Shown piece after piece: positions 17,066 through 26,897 of a stretch of 64,000 bases of DNA. The stretch covers positions 36,255 to 100,254 of the forward strand of contig JAQGGW010000002.1 in assembly GCA_028289135.1 (NCBI GenBank), written 5' to 3'. Both the position numbers and the translations under genes were made by a program. Each line of letters begins with the position of its first letter. The stretch's first letter is position 1. Origin of the DNA: Candidatus Saccharimonadota bacterium. Lineage in GTDB: Bacteria > Patescibacteriota > Saccharimonadia > Saccharimonadales > JACDBH01. The notes under the pieces were generated by a model that was not told the origin of the DNA, did not search any database, and saw only the letters and a list, made by a program, of their open reading frames with translations.

Positions 17066-17305
17066 AAAAGTTCTAAATAAGTGACAACCGTCCGCAAGCT
17101 AAATCCCCTTCCGGCCTGGCTTGCTCATACACTCTTGCGGCTAAGGCTCGCCAAAGCTACAACAAAATCCAGCCGAGGACTGTTTGACGGAGCGTATAGC
17201 TCCTAGTTCCGCAGGCTTGTTGTAGTCTTTGGCAAGAGGCTTACCGAAGTGGGTATGTGGCATGTCAGGCTGGAAGGGGATTTAGCTAAGAAAGTAAAGC
17301 TTGAG
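17066..17305 (-). repeat. Structured element 'A', copy 1 (about 190-nt hairpin plus conserved tails; candidate ncRNA or MITE-like repeat)
   Basis: The reverse complement aligns with 41843-42075. Base and apex are conserved (AGCTAAAyCCCCTTCC...; CAAGCCTGCrGAACT...TCAAACAG.C.TCGGCTGGATTTT). The mid-stems differ in sequence but stay complementary. Confidence 0.7.
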
Positions 17306-17340
17306 TGGGAGCAAACTTTTATCTGTTGTGAGGTGGGGTG

Positions 17341-17368
17341 TTGCGCCAATAGACATAAGGGGTATAAT
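17341..17368 (+). promoter_or_regulatory. Putative promoter of the ATPase operon (leaderless layout)
   Basis: TTGCGC, a 16-nt spacer, then TATAAT (17363-17368). The ATG at 17380 lies 11 nt after the -10 and has no Shine-Dalgarno. Confidence 0.45.
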
Positions 17369-17379
17369 TGTAAACAAGT

Positions 17380-18225
17380 ATGTTCGAAACAAAAATAAAA
17401 AGTTTGATATCACTAAAAAAACTGGCCGCCTTGATGGCTCTGGGCCTGCTTATTACCATAAAGCTAACAGGGGTCCTGAGCGCCCAAAGCGTAACGCGCG
17501 CTTATGGCAGCGACCAGGTTTTGCAGCGCGGCATGATTGTAGGAGTCAATAAAAAAGATTCGTCCAAAGTTGAAGCAATTGATGTAAACCGCCTGTCAAC
17601 GATTTTGGGCGTGGTTGTTAACCCTAATGATTCGCCGATTACTATTTCTAACGACACAAACCACATTTTTGTTACAACCAGCGGCCTGTATGATGTGCTT
17701 GTCAGTGACCAAAACGGCCAAATTTCTAACTCGGATTATATTACCCTTTCATCTGTTGCGGGCGTGGGTATGAAAGCTAGCGGCGAACAAAGCAGTGTGC
17801 TTGGGCGCGCCGCTGGAAGTTTTGACGGGTCGAGCAACGTGCTAAGTACGGCCAGCCTCAAGGACGCTAAAGGAATTGAAAAAAAGGTGCATATTGGGCG
17901 GGTGCGGGTTGATATTAGTATTGCTAAGAATCCGCTTGCCAAAAACACCGACGGCACACCGGCCATCTTAAGCCAAGCCGGTAAGGCAATTGCTGGCCGC
18001 TCAGTCAGCGCGGTCCGGCTTTATATGGGGGCGATTGTATTTATTGTCGGGACAATTATTGCCGGTTCGATCATGTACGCCGGCGTTAAAAGCAGCATTA
18101 TTTCCATCGGCCGCAACCCGCTTACCAGGCGTAGTATTTTGAAGAGCATGCTTGGGGTGGCGGTTACTAGTTTATTGGTATTACTTGTCAGCGTTATCGG
18201 CGTGTATTTACTGCTTAGACTATAG
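17380..18225 (+). CDS. Signal peptide plus a ~190-aa extracytoplasmic domain fused to an ATP-synthase c-subunit-like helical hairpin with no membrane carboxylate
   Basis: Signal peptide ...LTGVLSA|QS. The C-terminal 70 aa form TM - IGRNPL loop - TM, which aligns by eye to the c-subunit (A/G)R(Q/N)PE loop. The position of the conserved Glu/Asp is Ser (GVAVTSLL). The gene occupies the atpE position of the operon. Confidence 0.6.
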   Translation: MFETKIKSLISLKKLAALMALGLLITIKLTGVLSAQSVTRAYGSDQVLQRGMIVGVNKKDSSKVEAIDVNRLSTILGVVVNPNDSPITISNDTNHIFVTTSGLYDVLVSDQNGQISNSDYITLSSVAGVGMKASGEQSSVLGRAAGSFDGSSNVLSTASLKDAKGIEKKVHIGRVRVDISIAKNPLAKNTDGTPAILSQAGKAIAGRSVSAVRLYMGAIVFIVGTIIAGSIMYAGVKSSIISIGRNPLTRRSILKSMLGVAVTSLLVLLVSVIGVYLLLRL

Positions 18226-18295
18226 AGTAGTTTCTTCTTGTGCTTATCCGCTAACGTCTATATTATATAAGGTAATAAGGTGGGAAAAATATAGT

Positions 18296-18919
18296 ATGAA
18301 CGTATGGGGGTTGGGACTGGTCGTAGGAGCATTGCTCGCAGCTGCTCTTGCTTTCGTGTGGGTTGCCTATACCCTCGGTGGCGGGAACAAAGCCCGCGGC
18401 AAGGCGCAGAACGATGCTTTTACAGAGCTAGCCGAAAAAGACGTTGAAAGTATTTTTAATGACGACTTTAGGGAAGAGCTTCGTAACCGCGCGCGGCTTC
18501 ATTTTGAAAAAATCATCGGTGAAAACGCCATGTTTTTGCAGCAAGACCTCCGTTTGACCACATCGCAGTTAAACGAGTATATGAAGGCCGAGATTACCAA
18601 AACGCTCCAAGAAGAGTTTAGTAAATATGAGCAGTCGATCGACGACGCCAAGCAGCTGGCAGTTGATTCGCTGGCTAAAACCCAGATTATTATCGAAGAA
18701 GAGCGCCGGGTCCTAAACGCCAACCTCCAAAAGGAGTTTGAGGGCGAGCGTGAGAGGCTTATTAAGAAGTTTGAAGATAATTTGGCCGAGATTGTTAACC
18801 ACTATGTATTAGACGCCGTTGGCAATGAGATTGACCTGAGCGACCAGCTCGAATTTATCCTCAATGAGTTAGAGGCTAACAAGGCGGCTATTGTGGAGGA
18901 TATCCGCAGTGGCGCTTAA
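18296..18919 (+). CDS. ATP synthase b-subunit-like protein (single N-terminal TM plus long coiled coil)
   Basis: MNVWGLGLVVGALLAAALAFVWVAY is followed by about 180 aa of charged heptad-rich helix. AGGTGGG lies upstream of the ATG at 18296. The 18152 start in the ORF track overlaps the previous gene and is unlikely. Confidence 0.6.
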   Translation: MNVWGLGLVVGALLAAALAFVWVAYTLGGGNKARGKAQNDAFTELAEKDVESIFNDDFREELRNRARLHFEKIIGENAMFLQQDLRLTTSQLNEYMKAEITKTLQEEFSKYEQSIDDAKQLAVDSLAKTQIIIEEERRVLNANLQKEFEGERERLIKKFEDNLAEIVNHYVLDAVGNEIDLSDQLEFILNELEANKAAIVEDIRSGA

Positions 18920-19427
18920 AGAAACTCCCAAAGCCGTACATGCTTCACAGCCCGCTGTCCTAGCGCTGCCGGTGCAAATTTTGACCTCTGGTGATATTTC
19001 ACGATTGGTGCGCGAAATTGAAGAAATCGAGGAATTTTTTGACAAGGCCGCGCTGCAGAGCACAACGACTAAGGCAATGCCTCAGGCCAGCCAGCAGCTT
19101 ACGGTGTTAATTGGTGACAACAAGCTAAACATTTTGCATAAAAAAGACCGCGAGTCGATTGATGGCTTTTTGAAAGACGTCCGCCAAAAGGCGCCGGTTA
19201 TCCACCTGAGCTTTGCCACAGACCCAAAGCCGGATTTTTTGATGAAGCTTATCGTGTGGTTTAGGAGCAACGCGCACCCCTATGTTCTGATCAAAATAGG
19301 GCTCCAGCCAAACATCGCTGCCGGCTGCGTACTGCGTACCACCAACAAATATTTTGACTTTAGCTTTAAAGAGCATTTTGAGGAAAGCAAGGCCAAGCTA
19401 TCAGTGGCCATGAGGGCTTCAACGTGA
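18891..19427 (+). CDS. atpH: ATP synthase delta/OSCP-like subunit
   Basis: The C-terminal pattern [10 protein letters not shown]...[31 protein letters not shown] parallels the delta consensus (...VDPSLIGG..VRVGD...D.S...). TTG (18891) or GTG (18909) start overlaps the previous stop. It occupies the atpH position. Confidence 0.6.
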   Translation: MWRISAVALKETPKAVHASQPAVLALPVQILTSGDISRLVREIEEIEEFFDKAALQSTTTKAMPQASQQLTVLIGDNKLNILHKKDRESIDGFLKDVRQKAPVIHLSFATDPKPDFLMKLIVWFRSNAHPYVLIKIGLQPNIAAGCVLRTTNKYFDFSFKEHFEESKAKLSVAMRAST

Positions 19428-20850
19428 GCGTTAGCGCCAATGTTCACTTTCAGCGCTTAGTCGAAAAGGGCAACCCAATCGGCGAGGTTATTGCCGTTAA
19501 TAAGTTTTTGATCACAATCCGCGGTTTAAGCCCGATTAACGTCCATTCGCTGGTATTGTTCGAAGACGGCTCCAAAGGCTACGTCCACCAGATTTATGAA
19601 GAAGAAGTGATTGTATTGCAGCTTAGTCCGGCCCAGATCACCATTGGAATGGTTGTGGTTTTGCAGCACCCAGAGCTGGTTACCAAAGTTGGCAAAGATT
19701 TTATCGGCCGCGTCATATCCGTAACGGGTGAGCCTTTGGACGGCCTTGGGCCGATTGCGGCCGATGCCGTTTGGCCGGTTTTTCACAAAGCCCCTGCCAT
19801 GTACCAGCGCGAGCAGCTTAAAGAGCAGCTGGTTAGCGGTGTGACTCTGATTGATTCATTACTGCCGCTTGCCAAGGGCCAGCGCATTGCCATTTTGGGC
19901 GACAGCAAGTCGGGCAAAACAACGCTTGGCACGCAGCTGGTTATTAACCAAAAAGATACCGATGTTTTGGTGGTGTATGTGCTAATTGCCAAGCGCCGGA
20001 GCGACGTCGAGACACTGCTTGAGCGCTTGCGCGACAATGACGCATTAAAAAACTCCATCGTGATTGTATCAACCATGTTTGAGTCACTAATTATGAGTTA
20101 TCTGGCACCATATGTTGCGTGTTCTATGGCAGAATATTTGTGGCAAAAATGCGACCGTGATGTGGTGATTGTCTATGACGACCTAACTTCCCACGCCCAG
20201 GCCTACCGTGAAATCGCACTCTTAAGCGGCACTAGTCCGGGCCGTGACTCATATCCTGGTGACATGTTCTATGTGCACTCGAGCCTGCTGGAGCGGGCCG
20301 GCAAGCTTAAAACAAACCATAAAACTTTGACTGTTTTACCTTTGGTGCTGGCCTCTGGCGGCGACATTACGGCATTTTTGCCAACCAACATTATGTCCAT
20401 TACCGACGGCCAATGGATCTTGGACATGGATATATTCCGCGACGGTCTGCGTCCGGCGGTGAGCGTGGGGCTGAGTGTTACGCGTGTCGGCGGACGTGGG
20501 CATAACGACCGTCAAAAACAGTTAGCTGGGCAAGCAATGCAGGTTCTGGCGGCCTATCGTTTGGCCCAGGAATTTTCGCACTTTGGATCCGAAATGGCGC
20601 TGACGACCAAAAATGACCTGGAAACCGGCAAACGGCTGATTGAAATCTTAAAACAGGTACCGGGCGACAGTTTTACGGTTTATAACCAACAGCTTATGCT
20701 CGACATTGCATTGAACGCCAAAGAAGGCGAATTAATTGATGTCCGCGCCATGAAAACAGCGGTTCACGGCATTAAAGAAGTTATTACTGAAGCAAATTAC
20801 GAAAAGATTAAAGCCGAACTGCGCATCAAGAGCCTGGTAGAGGTTAAGAA

Positions 20851-20854
<4 letters not shown>
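19424..20854 (+). CDS. atpA: F1 ATPase alpha subunit (divergent, 476 aa)
   Basis: The P-loop is GDSKSGKT (canonical GDRQTGKT). [35 protein letters not shown] and [11 protein letters not shown] align to alpha. GTGA start/stop overlap with the upstream gene. Confidence 0.85.
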
Positions 20855-23026
<2,172 letters not shown>

Positions 23027-23027
<1 letters not shown>

Positions 23028-23332
23028 TGGCTGATGTAATTACGGAGGGTAGCGTTGTTTCTCAAACTCCGATTGAGGATAAAGAGAAGCGGACGATTCA
23101 TATAAAAGTCTATTCGCCGTTTAAAACTTATTTTAATGAGGACGCCTACAGCATTTCGGCCGTAAACAGCACAGGCCCATTCGACATTTTGCCCAAACAT
23201 CATAACTTTATGACTCTTTTAAGCCCATGCGAATTGGTCATAAACCGTGATAGCGGGCAGATCAAAATCCGTATTGCCCGCGGTGTTATGCACGTCAAAG
23301 CCAACAACGTCGTTGTTTTCTTGGACGTTTAG
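23027..23332 (+). CDS. atpC: F1 ATPase epsilon subunit, beta-sandwich only (101 aa)
   Basis: FDILPKHHNFMTLL and RIARGVMHV match the epsilon N-terminal domain. There is no room for the C-terminal two-helix hairpin. Its ATG shares one nt with the atpD stop. Confidence 0.75.
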
Positions 23333-23352
23333 AAATTTGCTCCCAAAGCCTC

Positions 23353-23485
23353 ACTCCTTGGAAGTTTCGGCACATTGATTTAGCCGCTGGAGACGTGTTT
23401 ACGCTATTAAATCAACGTGCCTAAACTTCCCGTAAAGCTCACCATGTATTTGAAAGCTTTGTGAAGCCCCCGGATGGGGCTTAAC
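23353..23485 (+). repeat. Structured element 'B', copy 1 (23-bp-arm hairpin plus small GC hairpin)
   Basis: GGAAGTTTCGGCACATTGATTTA...TAAATCAACGTGCCTAAACTTCC plus GTGAAGCCCCCGGATGGGGCTTAAC. It is near-identical in the hairpins to the reverse complement of 42083-42215. It lies between convergent atpC and the 333-aa gene. Confidence 0.75.
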
Positions 23486-23486
23486 T

Positions 23487-24488
23487 TTAGCCAACGACAA
23501 TGTAGTCGAAAGCCATGCCAGAGGTGTTGTCTGGTGCGTCGGCTGAGGTGCAGATGCTAAATCCACTTGTTGTGCGGTTGACATAATATGCGACGCCGCC
23601 GGCAGTTGAGCTGGCGGGCGAAACAATAACGCGTGGGATGTTTGCGTAGGCGCGTACAAAGGTAAGCGTTATAAAACAGCCAGCAGGAGCACTGTTGCCG
23701 GTGTTGATTGTAACTGTGCCGGAAGTATCGTTGCCGTTGTTGCTGGCGGTGCCGCCGCCGCCAAGCGCGCTGCCGTTGGTATGGCCTGGTGTGCCGCCGC
23801 TGGTTACGATGTGGCTGGAAAGCTGGAGTTCTTTGCCAAGCAGAAGCGAGTCGGCGCTAATCTGGCCGGCTGTTAGTGTGCCGCTAAATGAGCCGCCGCC
23901 AGTTACACTAATGCCGTTCTGGATGGTAACTTTACCCTGGAAAGATGCGTCTCCAGAGTCGGTTAAGGACTTTACGGCTGCTTTGTCTAAGCTGGTGGTG
24001 CCGCCAACTGTCAGGCCGGGCAAAGATAGTGGCCCGCCGACCTTAAGCGTGCCTGCCAGGTCAACGTTTCCGTGGATGATAACGCCGCCCGCGAAGATTG
24101 CGTTGGATTCGACATTAAGGGTCTGCTTGGCATCACCAACGGTTGTGTCGGTGCTGGCAAGCTTGTCCAACGAATCTTGTGTTAGCTTCTGGGTAGTCAG
24201 GGTGCCGTCTTGGACGGCTTTACGGTTCTGCAGCACGGCATAATAAGATATGCCGCCCAAGATAAACAAAACTAAAATCAAAAGAAAGGTATAAAGGTTT
24301 AGTTTGCCTAGCAGCTTTTTTACGCCTTTGTCTTCGGATGGCTTGTCTGATCTGGGCAGGGGGGCTTGCGTTATGATTGTGCCAGCAGTGGAAGTTTGGG
24401 GCGCGCTAACGACACCGGTCTGATCTGGGATTTCGGCTGGAGTTTCGAGCGAATCGCTCTCTATAATCGGCTGGTTTTTATTATCCAT
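23487..24488 (-). CDS. Membrane-anchored surface protein with a Gly/Thr-rich beta-helix-like repeat region
   Basis: It has an N-terminal cytoplasmic tail and one TM (LYTFLLILVLFILGGISYYAVL). The ectodomain carries repeated G-x-hydrophobic strands (GGVIIHGNVDLAGTLKVGGPLSLPGLTVGG...). Confidence 0.55.
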   Translation of the reverse strand: MDNKNQPIIESDSLETPAEIPDQTGVVSAPQTSTAGTIITQAPLPRSDKPSEDKGVKKLLGKLNLYTFLLILVLFILGGISYYAVLQNRKAVQDGTLTTQKLTQDSLDKLASTDTTVGDAKQTLNVESNAIFAGGVIIHGNVDLAGTLKVGGPLSLPGLTVGGTTSLDKAAVKSLTDSGDASFQGKVTIQNGISVTGGGSFSGTLTAGQISADSLLLGKELQLSSHIVTSGGTPGHTNGSALGGGGTASNNGNDTSGTVTINTGNSAPAGCFITLTFVRAYANIPRVIVSPASSTAGGVAYYVNRTTSGFSICTSADAPDNTSGMAFDYIVVG

Positions 24489-24635
24489 TCAAGGTCTGCT
24501 GTTTAAGCTTATATATATGATACAGGCTAAGAGGCAAAAGCGTAAGCATAATTACACTAAGCTTTAAAAAAGCATACTAATTTGGACGTGATGTAAATGG
24601 CGTTAGAAGCAAAAGCACTATATAATGAAGCGGCT

Positions 24636-25400
24636 ATGAGGCTACGTTCAATCTCCCGTCTTATTACGCTTATCCTGAGCGCTTTGTCTATTTTATTTTT
24701 ACTGACTCCTTTTGCATACGCCCAAACAAACCCAACTTCTGGTCTGTATTCGACAAGAGAGTATTATTTTGGTACTGGCGGCGACACCAATTTAAGCAGC
24801 AGCCAGTATAGTGCCCGGACGGCAACAGGCACGCTGGGTGTTGGTGATACGGCAGGTACGGCGAATAAGGCTAACGCAGGACCTATAACACCGGATCAGC
24901 CATATATTGAAATGGTAGTTACTTCATCTACCGTTGCTTTGGGCAACCAAACCACATCTAACACCAAAGAAGGTACAGCAGCATTTTATGTAAAAGCATA
25001 TGTTGCCCAGGGTTATGTGGTACGAAACGCTTCAGCTCCTTTAAGCATTCCATCGCACACAATGGCGGCACCGTCCACGCCAACGGCATCCGCTATTGGT
25101 ACTGAACAGTTTGGTATTAACCTGGCAGGGCCAAATAGCTGTGCGCTTTGTTTGCCGCTAACTTCATTTGGCGCAAACCCCGTACAAGTGCCAGACAGTT
25201 CTTTTAGTTTTGGAACGGCAGCCACGGGCTACGATACAGCCGGAGTATATAAGTATGTTAATGGCGACGTAATTGCCCAGTCTCTAAAAAGTTCGGGTGA
25301 AACCGACTACACGATATCTTATATATTGAACATTAGTACCACGACACCAGCAGGCAGTTATTCCATGGCTCATGTGCTTGTAGCCACCGCAACATATTAA
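24636..25400 (+). CDS. Secreted protein, short member of the four-gene paralog family (C-terminal ...PAGSYSMAHVLVATATY)
   Basis: Signal peptide MRLRSISRLITLILSALSILFLLTPFAYA|Q. It shares GTEQFGINL and the terminal G.Y....h.h.a...Y motif with the next three genes. TATAAT (24621-24626) lies 9 nt before this ATG. The ORF-track start is 24597. Confidence 0.6.
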   Translation: MRLRSISRLITLILSALSILFLLTPFAYAQTNPTSGLYSTREYYFGTGGDTNLSSSQYSARTATGTLGVGDTAGTANKANAGPITPDQPYIEMVVTSSTVALGNQTTSNTKEGTAAFYVKAYVAQGYVVRNASAPLSIPSHTMAAPSTPTASAIGTEQFGINLAGPNSCALCLPLTSFGANPVQVPDSSFSFGTAATGYDTAGVYKYVNGDVIAQSLKSSGETDYTISYILNISTTTPAGSYSMAHVLVATATY

Positions 25401-25551
25401 AAGTTTTATATATTCATATGATATAAATGTAAATAAATAATGAAAAATATTTGAAAATAAAACTGAGAAAATTAAATTTGATTACCTAAAAAGCTTATGC
25501 TATTATTTTCTGGAACAGGCAGTTATTTTAAAATAAAAATGAGAGAGTGTT

Positions 25552-26757
25552 GTGGGAAAAAGTAAATATATTACTTATGGTTTTTTTGATTTTATAAAAA
25601 AAGCTTTTTATATAGCCGGTGCAGCTATGATTACTATAAGTACGTTATTATTAATGGCTCCACAAAGCGCATCGGCTGCCGCAGGCACGCCGCGTATGAT
25701 AATAATGAGTACCTCGTCAAATGCAGTAGCAGCGACAACGACATATCAGGTGCAGTTTAAAACTATGTCAACTTACACCGGCCAAGCCATAGTAATTGAC
25801 TTCTGTACTTCACCTATCCTGGGCAGTACATGTACCATTCCTACTGGTTTTACTGTAGGCGGTACGCCATCTGTCACAACCAACACCGCGCCAATGACCT
25901 CGCAAGTATGGACATCAACATCAGCAAACTCTGGCAGAACGCTTAAGATGACCCAAGCGACTGGTGTTTCATTTACAAGCGCCACAACTGCTGACTTTAC
26001 AATCAATGCCGTACAAAACCCAACAGCATTGGGTACCTTTTACGCACGCATTTATACCTACGCTGCCACAGCAGGTGCGACAAGTTATACGGATACAGCT
26101 CCTGATACAGGTGCAACCCATGTAGATGACGGCGGTGTCGCTCTTTCTACAGATAATATAGTTACAGTGACCGCGAAAATTCAAGAAACTCTTACCTTCT
26201 GTGTCTTTACGAGTGTTTTAACAACCGGTGTAAGCTGCCCTGGAACTGTTTCTGGTATCAAGCTTGGTGATACCAACGGTGTGCTCGCAAGCCCTACAAC
26301 TGCATATTTGTCCTCAACAAATGCCTCAACACCACTCTATGCCCAGCTTGGTCTTGCGAGCAACGCCACGGCTGGCGTTATAGTGCGGGCAAAATCTACG
26401 GGACCATTACAGTCTGGAGCGAATTCCATACTGGGTACAAACGGTGGAACGGGTTCCTGCCTGACAGATCCTGTAACAACTTCTTCAGAATATGTTGGCT
26501 TTAGAGTTACCGCCGGTACTGGCGGTACCGGTACTCAAACAGCGGATCCAGCATACGCTTGCGGCGCAAGCAATAGTCATAGCTGGGATTCAACGCAGCT
26601 AGCACTTGCTATTGGTGACCCAATACTATCAACTGCTGGCCCATCTACTGAGCCAACGACAGAAGCTTTAGTGGACTTTGTGGGTAAATCGTCAACTACG
26701 ACCAAGCCAGGCACATACGCACTGACAATGACTTTTATTGCGACCGGTTCTTATTAG
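25552..26757 (+). CDS. Secreted beta-rich surface protein, paralog 1 (401 aa)
   Basis: Signal peptide ends SASA|AAGTPRMIIMS. Motifs include FCTSPILGSTCTIPTGF, QETLTFCVFTSV and the C-terminal KPGTYALTMTFIATGSY. It is a tandem paralog of 26898-28088. Confidence 0.65.
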   Translation: MGKSKYITYGFFDFIKKAFYIAGAAMITISTLLLMAPQSASAAAGTPRMIIMSTSSNAVAATTTYQVQFKTMSTYTGQAIVIDFCTSPILGSTCTIPTGFTVGGTPSVTTNTAPMTSQVWTSTSANSGRTLKMTQATGVSFTSATTADFTINAVQNPTALGTFYARIYTYAATAGATSYTDTAPDTGATHVDDGGVALSTDNIVTVTAKIQETLTFCVFTSVLTTGVSCPGTVSGIKLGDTNGVLASPTTAYLSSTNASTPLYAQLGLASNATAGVIVRAKSTGPLQSGANSILGTNGGTGSCLTDPVTTSSEYVGFRVTAGTGGTGTQTADPAYACGASNSHSWDSTQLALAIGDPILSTAGPSTEPTTEALVDFVGKSSTTTKPGTYALTMTFIATGSY

Positions 26758-26897
26758 TATAGTACGTATATTAAATTGAAGCCGGCATAAGAGTAAGGGT
26801 GTGGATAAGTGCATCAATAATCTAATTGTGGCGCTAAACTGTTTATGTTACATTTCTTCTTGTAGGAAAACCAAATAAAAATTAAAAGGAAAATATA

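Noticed and set aside
16849-17379. Whether the D and A elements are RNase P RNA, SRP RNA or 6S RNA
   Set aside because: AAAGTCCCACGGGAGC faintly resembles RNase P CR-I. However, I could not find the CR-II to CR-V strings (for example GGUAA.G.C, ACAGAA.CCGGCUUA), the SRP GGAA-tetraloop/AGCA motif, or a 6S-type central bubble. This needs cmscan and is not claimed.
18152-18295. The upstream start (18152) given by the ORF track for the b-like gene
   Set aside because: It would overlap the c-like gene by 74 nt and add 48 Cys/Tyr-rich residues. The ATG at 18296 is preceded by AGGTGGG and opens directly with the TM helix.
23333-23486. Integron attC-like or REP/RAYT-type palindromic repeats
   Set aside because: The flanking genes are housekeeping rather than cassettes. 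No intI, RAYT or IS200/IS605 tnpA gene lies in the window. The elements are far longer than REP or attC, and I did not recognise GTTRRRY core sites.
23695-24243. A 182-aa Pro-rich plus-strand ORF antisense to the 333-aa surface protein
   Set aside because: Its composition (Pro/Ser/Val runs) is what the complement of Gly/Thr-rich coding sequence produces. The minus-strand ORF has a credible TM plus ectodomain layout.
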